64,000 nucleotides of DNA, taken from NCBI GenBank assembly GCA_023663235.1, contig JAMPHW010000001.1, forward strand, positions 51,392 to 115,391, written 5' to 3'. The notes below the pieces were generated by a model that was given only the letters and a program-made list of their open reading frames with translations, made no database searches and was not told where the DNA came from. Below, piece after piece: positions 20,892-29,475 of the stretch. The DNA comes from Ruminococcus sp. (GTDB taxonomy: Bacteria > Bacillota_I > Bacilli_A > RF39 > UBA660). The number at the start of each line of letters is the position of its first letter. Position 1 is the stretch's first letter. Both the position numbers and the translations under genes were made by a program.

Positions 20892-21359
20892 TTACCATCT
20901 GTAATGAGCAAATGCTTTATTTGCTTCTGCCATTTTATGAGTATCTTCGCGTTTCTTAACTGCACCACCAACATTGTTAGATGCATCAATAAGTTCATTC
21001 GCTAAATTAATGGCCATTCCCTTTCCATTTCTAGTTTTCGCATAATTTACAATCCAACGTAAAGCTAAAGTTTGAGCTCTCTCATCAGTAACTTCCATTG
21101 GTACTTGATAGTTTGATCCACCAACTCTTCTAGATTTAACTTCTAAAGCTGGCTTAACGTTTTCTAAAGCTTGTGTATAAACTTCCATTGGGTCTTTGCC
21201 TGTTTTTTCTTTAATAATATCAAACGCTTCATAAAGAATTTTTTCAGCAGTACCTTTTTTACCATCTAACATTATTCTATTAACTAATTTTGTAACAGTT
21301 TTAGAATTATATATAGGATCTGGTAAAACATCTCTTTTTATCGCACGTCTTTTACGCAT
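20892..21359 (-). CDS. rpsG: 30S ribosomal protein S7
   Basis: [43 protein letters not shown]... Confidence 0.95.
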   Translation of the reverse strand: MRKRRAIKRDVLPDPIYNSKTVTKLVNRIMLDGKKGTAEKILYEAFDIIKEKTGKDPMEVYTQALENVKPALEVKSRRVGGSNYQVPMEVTDERAQTLALRWIVNYAKTRNGKGMAINLANELIDASNNVGGAVKKREDTHKMAEANKAFAHYRW

Positions 21360-21382
21360 AATATTTAACTCCTTTCTTTAAA

Positions 21383-21796
21383 TTAATTTTTAGGTTTTTT
21401 AGTACCATATTTACTACGGCCTTGTTTACGATTATTAACACCTTGAGTATCAAGAGTTCCACGAACAATATGATAACGAACACCGATTAAGTCTTTAACA
21501 CGACCACCACGAACTAGTACAACACTATGTTCTTGTAAATTGTGTCCTTCTCCTGGGATATAACAATCCACTTCTTTACCATTAGATAGTCTAACACGCG
21601 CATATTTACGTAATGCTGAGTTTGGCTTCTTTGGTGTCTTTGTTCCAACACGAGTACAAACACCACGTTTTTGAGGTCCTTTTGTATCAGTTTGTTTTCT
21701 AGTCATCGCATTATAACCTACATTTAAAACTGGAGATTTACTCTTTTTAGTTTTACTTTTTCTGTTTTTCTTAACAAGTTGATTAATTGTTGGCAT
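21383..21796 (-). CDS. rpsL: 30S ribosomal protein S12
   Basis: ...[59 protein letters not shown]... Confidence 0.95.
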   Translation of the reverse strand: MPTINQLVKKNRKSKTKKSKSPVLNVGYNAMTRKQTDTKGPQKRGVCTRVGTKTPKKPNSALRKYARVRLSNGKEVDCYIPGEGHNLQEHSVVLVRGGRVKDLIGVRYHIVRGTLDTQGVNNRKQGRSKYGTKKPKN

Positions 21797-21959
21797 TTAT
21801 TTTTCCTCCTTCCGATTAACACACACCCTGGTGTATCCGATATTCCATTAAATTAGGTTCTACCTAGATAGAACCAGAATTTAAAATGCGTATTTAATAT
21901 ACCATTTATATTATATGATTGTCAAGTAATATTTTGTTAAATTTTAAATATTATTTATT

Positions 21960-23388
21960 TTAAGAAAGGACTTTAAAAGGGTTTGATTGTGTACCATCGC
22001 CTGTAAAAGCAACATCAGAACGTAAATTAATTACAGGTCTTATGCCTCTATCTTTTGTTACATCATTATAATCCGTTCCCATGTGCCCTGGCATATGTAC
22101 TATTACTACACCAGCTCCCTTAAGGGAATTACTTAAATGAAATTGAAAGGGGTGACATAGTCCAATATTCTATGTTAGTATATAAATAATATTTCTTATT
22201 ATAAGTTAACTCTTCCACTTTTTGCCAATAAATTCCACCAGCATAGCTAACATCATCTGACGTAATTAAACCTACAGGATTACCTAATATTCTATTTCCT
22301 TTATTTGAGTTCTTATATGTATACAAATCTAGATCACTTTCACAATGATAAGTCGCATTAGTTCCTGTTCCGCAATTTCCACCACTAGGACATAAAAGTA
22401 CACTTCTATAATATGTATTTACTTTGCCTATTCCAATTCCAGCTTTTGTCCCAAAAGTATCTGCATAGGGAGTTCTGTCCCCGCAGAATCCAGCATTTAA
22501 ATCTATTTTGTCAAAATAATTTGTTCCCTCTTTTATATTAGAATTTTTAAACCAATCGTCTAAAAATAAATAAGCTAATGAAGGTTGCTTTAAACCGCGT
22601 AATACATCCTGTTCATACCAATATCCAACATACTTATTGTCATCGCCATTTTCATTAAAGGCAATTTTTCCAATTATTGTTTCTTCTCCTGTTGCTTGTG
22701 GTTCTAATTTATTTCCATTTTCATCTTTTGTTCTTCCTTGATATATTATTCTAATTGAGCCATCTCCATTTATTCTTATTATTCGCCAATAATATCCGCC
22801 AAATTCTACCCAGTTATCTAATGGATTTCCTGCAAAATAATAAGTTGTCCCATCATCATCTTCACCTTCATATATAACACCAATTGTTGTATTCTCTATT
22901 GTCTTATTAAATGTTCCTTCTTCTCTTGTCTTTCTTCCTGTATAATGCGTTTCTAATAACTCGCTCATTGTTTTTGCATCAATTATATCTTTATCTAAAT
23001 AGATGAAACACTTATCTCCTTTAGATATTCCTCTAAAAGTATGTATTCCTCCTATTGTTTCTAATATAGCATTTGTATCTTTATTTTCTTTTTTACAATT
23101 GCTTCCTTTGCAACAATATGTTTCTTCTTTATTTATTGTATAACCAGTAGGTAAGGTCGTATCTTTAGATAATTCTTGATAATTTCCGTCACCTTCATTA
23201 ATATACATTGCCATTACATTTACATCATAAGGACTAGATACTACTTTACCCTCTGTTAATGGAATTGATGCAGTCATTCTATAATTTGCTTTTGATGTTA
23301 TAAATGTGACCGTTATAGTAAGTACTACTACTATTATTAGACCACACCAAAAATGCTTTTTGCTATTTTTATTTCTTTCAAATTTCAT
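21960..23388 (-). pseudogene. Secreted protein paralog B, frameshifted near the C-terminus (ORF 22129..23388 plus a downstream frame)
   Basis: The annotated ORF ends ..YWTMSPLSISFK*. The adjacent frame continues ..HLSNSLKGAGVVIVHMPGHMGTDYNDVTKDRGIRPVINLRSDVAFTGDGTQSNPFKVLS*, matching the C-termini of paralogs A and C. A 1-nt indel in a homopolymer near 22131..22150 is implied. Confidence 0.6.
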
Positions 23389-23553
23389 TTTTAACCCTTT
23401 CTTAGATTAAGTATCACTTAATTCTTTTAATATCATAATTATGATAACATATCTATAAGCTAAAATAGCTTATCTATATTCACTATAAGCCATTTCGGCT
23501 TAAAAGTCAATAACCTATTTTAGATTATGATTAAATTATGATTAGAGGTTAGC

Positions 23554-23793
23554 ATGAATAGATTAAAAGAACTAAGAACTGAAAAAAGAAAACTACAAAA
23601 AGAAATAGCCGAAATATTAAATATATCTCAAACTGGATATTCTAAATATGAAGTTGAAACTAACGACATTCCAACTGAAGTATTAAAAAAACTTGCTATA
23701 TACTACAATACTTCAATTGATTATATTTTATGCTTTACTGATACTAAAGAACCACATACCAAAAGCATTTTAATAGACAAGGACAGTTTATGA
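23554..23793 (+). CDS. XRE-family HTH transcriptional regulator (small, Cro/CI-type)
   Basis: LKELRTEKRKLQKEIAEILNISQTGYSKYEVETNDIPTEVLKKLAIYYNTSIDYIL is a helix-turn-helix (HTH_3) pattern. Divergent from paralog B. Confidence 0.75.
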   Translation: MNRLKELRTEKRKLQKEIAEILNISQTGYSKYEVETNDIPTEVLKKLAIYYNTSIDYILCFTDTKEPHTKSILIDKDSL

Positions 23794-24032
23794 ATAGATT
23801 AAGAGATTTAAGAGAAGATAAAGATTTACTACAACAAGATATTGCCAAATATTTAAAAATATCCCAAACTGGATATTCTAAATATGAAGTTGAAACTAAT
23901 GACATCCCAACTAAAGTTTTAAAAAGTCTAGCTATATATTACAATACAAGTATTGACTATTTATTATGTTTAACTGACAACAGAAAAGCTTATCCCAAAA
24001 GTACAATTAAACAAGGTGAAAAAAATGTATAA
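23790..24032 (+). CDS. XRE-family HTH transcriptional regulator (tandem duplicate of the previous)
   Basis: About 75% identical to the 23554 protein: ...ISQTGYSKYEVETNDIPTKVLKSLAIYYNTSIDYLL. Confidence 0.75.
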   Translation: MNRLRDLREDKDLLQQDIAKYLKISQTGYSKYEVETNDIPTKVLKSLAIYYNTSIDYLLCLTDNRKAYPKSTIKQGEKNV

Positions 24033-24240
24033 TGAAAGACTTAAATGGCTAAGAGGCTGTAAAAATATAACTCAAAAAGAAATGGCTAATGCTTTAGGAA
24101 TTAAACAGCAACAATATGCTCGATATGAAAATGGTATAAATGTAATGCCTATAACCTATTTACCATTAATATGTAAATTTCTAAACGTATCAGCAGATTA
24201 TATATTAGGTTTAACAAACGAAATAAAACCTTTAAAATAA
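24016..24240 (+). CDS. XRE-family HTH transcriptional regulator (third, divergent copy)
   Basis: ...ITQKEMANALGIKQQQYARYENGINVMPITYLPLICKFLNVSADYILG. Confidence 0.7.
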   Translation: MKKMYNERLKWLRGCKNITQKEMANALGIKQQQYARYENGINVMPITYLPLICKFLNVSADYILGLTNEIKPLK

Positions 24241-24268
24241 AAAAGACACCCATGTGTCTTTTATTTTA
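24238..24268. terminator. Bidirectional terminator between the XRE genes and deoD
   Basis: Hairpin aagacacccatgtgtctt flanked by A and T runs. Confidence 0.6.
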
Positions 24269-24986
24269 TAATACTCTCTAAAGCTAAAGTAATCATATCA
24301 TTAAGTTTTGTTTCTCTATCTTCTGAAGATAAAACAACTTTACTATATTTAGAATCTACAACTGTCATAATAGTTGTTGATGGAACATTTAAAGTATTAG
24401 CAACATGTGTTAATCCAAAAGCTTCCATTTCTTCTGTTAATATATCATAAGATTTAGGTATTCTGTCTAATACTCTTTCAAAATCTATATAAGGTCCAAA
24501 AACATCCATTGTTGTTGTCATCCCATAAATAATTTTAAGATTTAATTCATCCGCTTTATCAAGTATTTTTTTATTTAATTTTTTATCAGCATCTACTACA
24601 TTACCAACATAATTATTATAAGTATAAGCAAAATTACTTTCCGAATAAATACTTTTAGTTAAAACTAAATCACCAATCTCACATTTAGGACTAACCGCTC
24701 CACAAGTACCTATTCTAATAATTTTTTTAACTTTATAATAATGAATAAGTTCAAAGGTATAAATACTGGCACTAGGCATACCCATACCATGAGCCATAAC
24801 TGTCACTTTCTTACCCTTATATGTACCTGTATATCCATACATATTTCTAATACTTGTAACAAGTTTTGCACCTTCTAAAAAAGTTTCTGCAATATATCTA
24901 GCCCTTAAAGGATCTCCTGGCATTAATACAAGTGGCGCTATGTCTGCATTACTAGCTATATGAATAGGATTTTCTCCAATAAACAT
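24261..24986 (-). CDS. deoD: Purine nucleoside phosphorylase, DeoD-type
   Basis: ...VLMPGDPLRARYIAETFLEGAKLVTSIRNMYGYTGTYKGKKVTVMAHGMGMPSASIYTFELI...KIIRIGTCGA is close to the DeoD consensus. Confidence 0.85.
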   Translation of the reverse strand: MFIGENPIHIASNADIAPLVLMPGDPLRARYIAETFLEGAKLVTSIRNMYGYTGTYKGKKVTVMAHGMGMPSASIYTFELIHYYKVKKIIRIGTCGAVSPKCEIGDLVLTKSIYSESNFAYTYNNYVGNVVDADKKLNKKILDKADELNLKIIYGMTTTMDVFGPYIDFERVLDRIPKSYDILTEEMEAFGLTHVANTLNVPSTTIMTVVDSKYSKVVLSSEDRETKLNDMITLALESIIK

Positions 24987-24998
24987 TATTATTCACCT

Positions 24999-26240
24999 CT
25001 ATTTTCCTGTTAATTCTTCTTCTATTTTCATTAAACGATTGTATTTTGCTATTCTCTCTCCTCTAGACATTGAACCAGTCTTAATATAAGGCATCGCAAG
25101 TCCTACTGCAAAATCTGCAATAAATGTATCTTCTGTTTCTCCACTTCTATGAGATATAATTAATTTATAATTGTTTTTCTTAGCATATATAATTGTTTTA
25201 ATCATTTCTGTAACTGTTCCCACTTGATTAGCTTTAATCAAAATAGCATTTCCTGCATGATATTTTATACCTTCATTTAAATATTTAACATTTGTAACAA
25301 AATAATCATCACCAACAACCATAACTTTTTCTCCAATTAATTTTGTTAAAACAGCAAGGGATTCAAAATCATTTTCATAAAAAGGATCTTCAATACTAAT
25401 AATCGGATACATATTAACTAAAGTTATATAATACTTTATTAATTCATCACTAGTCATTGGTTTATTATCTATCGTATATTTATTAGTTTTTTTATCATAT
25501 ATTTCATTAGCTGCCACATCAAGTGCTATAAAAACATCTTTACCAGGAGTGTATCCCGCATCATTTATCGCTCTCATAATTAAATCTAAAGCTAGTGTAT
25601 TATATCTAAGATTTGGCGCAAAGCCGCCTTCATCTCCCACTGCTGTATTTAAATTCTGTTTTTTTAAAAGATTTTTTAATGTATGAAATATTTCACTCGC
25701 AACTCTAAGTTTCTCTCTCATAGTCTTAACAACAGGAACTATCATAAATTCTTGAATATCTAAATTATTGTCAGCATGAGCACCACCATTAATAATATTA
25801 ATCATTGGAATTGGAATACTAACCTTATTAGAACTTAAATAACTGTATAATTCTTTATTTTCTAGTTTAGCTGCCGCTTTTATTGTTGCAAGTGACACTG
25901 CCAAAATCGCATTTGCCCCTAACTTGCTTTTGTTATCTGTCCCATCTAAACTAATTAATAATTTATCAATTGTAACTTGCTCCAAATCTTTATTTATCAA
26001 ATTATCTTTAATAACTGTATTAATATTATTAACGGCTTTTAAAACACCTTTCCCTAAATAACGATTATCATTATCTCTTAATTCCAAAGCCTCTTTAGAA
26101 CCCGTCGATGCCCCACTTGGAACCGATGCTTTAGTAGATATCCCATTATCAAGAAATATTTCAGCTTCTACAGTAGGATTTCCTCTGCTATCTAATATTT
26201 CTCTACCAACTATATTAACAATCTTTGTCACTCTAGCCAC
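24999..26240 (-). CDS. eno: Enolase
   Basis: MARVTKIVNIVGREILDSRGNPTVEAEIFLDNGISTKASVPSGASTGSKEALELRD... Confidence 0.9.
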   Translation of the reverse strand: MARVTKIVNIVGREILDSRGNPTVEAEIFLDNGISTKASVPSGASTGSKEALELRDNDNRYLGKGVLKAVNNINTVIKDNLINKDLEQVTIDKLLISLDGTDNKSKLGANAILAVSLATIKAAAKLENKELYSYLSSNKVSIPIPMINIINGGAHADNNLDIQEFMIVPVVKTMREKLRVASEIFHTLKNLLKKQNLNTAVGDEGGFAPNLRYNTLALDLIMRAINDAGYTPGKDVFIALDVAANEIYDKKTNKYTIDNKPMTSDELIKYYITLVNMYPIISIEDPFYENDFESLAVLTKLIGEKVMVVGDDYFVTNVKYLNEGIKYHAGNAILIKANQVGTVTEMIKTIIYAKKNNYKLIISHRSGETEDTFIADFAVGLAMPYIKTGSMSRGERIAKYNRLMKIEEELTGK

Positions 26241-26424
26241 CTACTTCTTCTATTATAGAGTATATCAAAAAATTATGCTAATTATCAAGATTTTTAATTC
26301 TTTATTTAAAAAAATTCCACTAATTGACAGTAAAATCATTAATAAATCCAAGTTAAAGTAAAATTAATAACATTTTAATAGACGAAATTAAAACAATTTG
26401 TTACAATTTATTTAGGAGAAAAAT

Positions 26425-27429
26425 ATGAATCACATTAAAATTAATACTTCAATTTTAAAAAACAACATAAGTTACTTTAAAGAAGAATATAAATATCAAT
26501 ATTATATCTTAGATGTTAGTAATAATGCTTTTAAACACGGCATGTATCTTATAAACTATTTAACTGATTTTGATTATTTATATGTTAACAACTTAAAAGA
26601 TACTAACTTAATAAGAAACTTTAATAAAGAAATACCCGTTATTTTTAATGGTTATTTTACTAACGATAATATTCTAGATTTAATTAATAACAATATAATT
26701 TTAGCTATTAATAGTTTAGAAGAATTAAAAATGCTAAACAATTATAACTTATATGCTAACCTCCAAGTAATTTTAAAAATAGATATTTATGGCTATAAGG
26801 GTTTTAATGAAAAGTATGAAATTAACGATGCTCTAAATCTTATCAATAATACGAAAAACTTAGAACTAATAGGCATTATCTCTTCTAATATAACTGAAAA
26901 TGATTATGAAGACTTCTTATATACTATTAATGAATTATTAAGATTAAATTTAAAACTATATATATTAAATAGTGAATATGATAAGAAAAAAATTAAAAAC
27001 TCTAATAGTATTATTTTAAATAATTCTATTTATGGTATTAATTCCAAAAAGAAATTATTTCAAAAAGATAATAAAAACTTTAAACAAATATTTGGCTTAT
27101 ATACCACTATTGAAAAAATAAAAAAAGAAACTAAAGGAAAAAAAGAAAACTTTTATGGTATTATTCCATTAGGAAATTTAAATGGTCTTAATAAAATAAC
27201 TAAAGTATATATCAATAATAAATTTTACAATATAAATAAAACTTATCACGATTATGCAATCATAACCGTTGATAAAGATATAAAAGTAAATGATGCTGTA
27301 ACCATAACCGATGATACTAACCCCTTAGAAAATTATTTAGATGAAAATACCATATCTTACATAAATATTTTAAGTAATAACATACCAATTACTTATGAAA
27401 ATAATATTCTAGAAAAAATATATAACTAA
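26425..27429 (+). CDS. Alanine-racemase-like protein, probably non-catalytic (PLP-binding Lys replaced)
   Basis: N-terminal ..YILDVSNNAFKHGMY.. aligns to the Alr PLP motif VVKANAYGHG with the Lys position occupied by Ser. Very K/N/I-rich, 334 aa. Confidence 0.35.
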   Translation: MNHIKINTSILKNNISYFKEEYKYQYYILDVSNNAFKHGMYLINYLTDFDYLYVNNLKDTNLIRNFNKEIPVIFNGYFTNDNILDLINNNIILAINSLEELKMLNNYNLYANLQVILKIDIYGYKGFNEKYEINDALNLINNTKNLELIGIISSNITENDYEDFLYTINELLRLNLKLYILNSEYDKKKIKNSNSIILNNSIYGINSKKKLFQKDNKNFKQIFGLYTTIEKIKKETKGKKENFYGIIPLGNLNGLNKITKVYINNKFYNINKTYHDYAIITVDKDIKVNDAVTITDDTNPLENYLDENTISYINILSNNIPITYENNILEKIYN

Positions 27430-27454
27430 AAAATAGGCCCTAAACCTATTTTTT

Positions 27455-28807
27455 CTAAACTAAGTTTACTTTAAATGGATTATTTATTGTTCCATCACCA
27501 GTTAAAGTAACATCAGAACGTAGGTTAATTACAGGATAAATACCCCATGAATGAACTGTATTTCCATAAACAATTTCTCCTGTATTATTAACAATAAACA
27601 CATGAGAAGCAACTGCCGAAAACGGCGTCATCGTCCAATAATGACCACCACTATATAAATAATTATTTTCTATCCTAGTATCATTATTTCCATAAACAAG
27701 TCCAGCATAGCTTGCTTCATCAGCTGTTATTAATCCAACTGGATTTTCTAACACTCTGTTTCCTTTATTTGAATTTTTATATGTATATAAATCATCATTT
27801 ACCTGACACTTTAATGTAGGAGATTTTATTTTGCCATAAGCAAGTCTAACATTAGCAGCATAAACTGTATTTATTATATCAATACCACCTAAGCCATCTA
27901 TATATTCTGTACCAGAACTAGGCTGTCTATCTCCGCAAAATCCAGCATTTACATCTATTTTATCAAAAAATGAAGTACCCTGTCTTATATTTGAACTACT
28001 AAACCAACTATTTAAAGCATTATATAAAAGTGATGGCGTTTCTATACCATGAACTTTATGTTGCTCATAAAAATACCCAACATATTTATTATCATCATTA
28101 TTAGAATTAAATTGACTTATTATTCCAGTTGAGTGCATTAACCCATCATTAACTTCTCCATAATAAATTAATCTAATTGTACCATCACCATTTATTCTAA
28201 TAATACGCCAATAATATCCACCAAATTCTACCCAATTATCTAATGGTTCTCCAGCATAATAATAACTAGTTCCATCATCGTCAGGCGCAACATATACTGT
28301 TTTGTCTATTGGCGAATTATCGCTCGTTACCGCCTTATCAAACGGTAAATAATCATTTCTTCTAATATTAATATTACTAATATTAGAAAGTACATATTGA
28401 CACGCCACTCCACAATTATCATTCAACTTTTCTAAATAGAGAATACATTTAGAAGACTTACTTATCCCACTAAAAGTATGATTACCCATTTCATCAGTAT
28501 ATAATTTAACATCAACATCTTTATTATTTTTATTAGCCCCCTTATAACAATAACTTTTATTTTCATTTATTCTATAACCACTAGGTATTATAGTATTAAC
28601 ATCTTGTTCTACATTATCAAGATACAAAGCTACAATATTTATATCATAAGGACTTGATACAACTTTTCCTTCTGTTAATGGAATTGATGCAGTCATACGA
28701 TAATTTGCCTTACTTCCTATAAAATTTACTGTAACAGTAAGTACTACTACCATTATTAAGCCACACAAAAAATACTTCTTGCTATTAATATTTCTTTTTA
28801 ATTTCAT
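27455..28807 (-). CDS. Secreted protein paralog C
   Basis: The N-terminal 65 aa (signal anchor, ..SKANYRMTASIPLTEGKVVSSPYD) are about 80% identical to paralog B. Core YYYAGEPLDNWVEFGGYYWRIIRINGDGTIRLIYYG. C-terminus WGIYPVINLRSDVTLTGDGTINNPFKVNLV. Confidence 0.65.
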   Translation of the reverse strand: MKLKRNINSKKYFLCGLIMVVVLTVTVNFIGSKANYRMTASIPLTEGKVVSSPYDINIVALYLDNVEQDVNTIIPSGYRINENKSYCYKGANKNNKDVDVKLYTDEMGNHTFSGISKSSKCILYLEKLNDNCGVACQYVLSNISNINIRRNDYLPFDKAVTSDNSPIDKTVYVAPDDDGTSYYYAGEPLDNWVEFGGYYWRIIRINGDGTIRLIYYGEVNDGLMHSTGIISQFNSNNDDNKYVGYFYEQHKVHGIETPSLLYNALNSWFSSSNIRQGTSFFDKIDVNAGFCGDRQPSSGTEYIDGLGGIDIINTVYAANVRLAYGKIKSPTLKCQVNDDLYTYKNSNKGNRVLENPVGLITADEASYAGLVYGNNDTRIENNYLYSGGHYWTMTPFSAVASHVFIVNNTGEIVYGNTVHSWGIYPVINLRSDVTLTGDGTINNPFKVNLV

Positions 28808-28872
28808 TTTAATTATTGCTCCTTAAATTAACAAGCAAATCGCGATTATTTTAGAAATTTCTAGCTTATACA

Positions 28873-28898
28873 TTTATTATAATTGTTCATATAATAAA
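28873..28898. promoter_or_regulatory. Candidate operator: perfect 9-bp inverted repeat TTTATTATA-n8-TATAATAAA in the divergent promoter region
   Basis: Seen directly between paralog C (minus) and the double-HTH regulator (plus). Confidence 0.3.
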
Positions 28899-28968
28899 TG
28901 TCAAGAAAATTCTCGATATTTTCCAGTAAAACAATTTTTTAAGTAGTAAACATGAGAAAATTATGTAG

Positions 28969-29433
28969 GTGAATATTATGCATTATAGCGCAAAACTACA
29001 ATATCTAAGAGAAAAATTCGATTTAACTCAAACAGAAGCTGGAAAAATAATCAACCTAGATAGTGGCACATATAGTAATTACGAACATGAAGTGATATTA
29101 ATTCCTTTAAAACATTTAAATACACTATGTAATTATTACAATGTATCATTAGACTACATTTTTTCCTTTACAGAAGAAGTAAATTACAAAAATAGTGATA
29201 AAAATATAGATAAGAAAAAATCAGGAACAAGATTAAAAGAATTTAGAAAAGATAATAAATTAACACAAATTAAGTTAGCTAAAATTTTAAATATTGGTAA
29301 TGGAACAATTGCAGGATACGAAACTGGTAATTATTTAATAGCAACACCTTTCCTCTACACAATCTGTTCTAAATATCATATTTCTGCTGACTATCTCCTT
29401 GGTAAAACAGATAACCCAAAATACTTTAATTAA
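28969..29433 (+). CDS. Tandem double-HTH XRE-family regulator
   Basis: Two HTH_3-like segments (..LTQTEAGKIINLDSGTYSNYE.. and ..LTQIKLAKILNIGNGTIAGYETG..). Divergent from paralog C. Confidence 0.7.
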   Translation: MNIMHYSAKLQYLREKFDLTQTEAGKIINLDSGTYSNYEHEVILIPLKHLNTLCNYYNVSLDYIFSFTEEVNYKNSDKNIDKKKSGTRLKEFRKDNKLTQIKLAKILNIGNGTIAGYETGNYLIATPFLYTICSKYHISADYLLGKTDNPKYFN

Positions 29434-29439
29434 TTTTAA

Positions 29440-29475
29440 AACCTCATCTCTTTTTAAGAGATGAGGCTTTTATTA
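29440..29475. terminator. Bidirectional terminator between the regulator and leuS
   Basis: Hairpin cctcatctcttt-ttaa-gagatgagg followed by a T-run. Confidence 0.6.
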
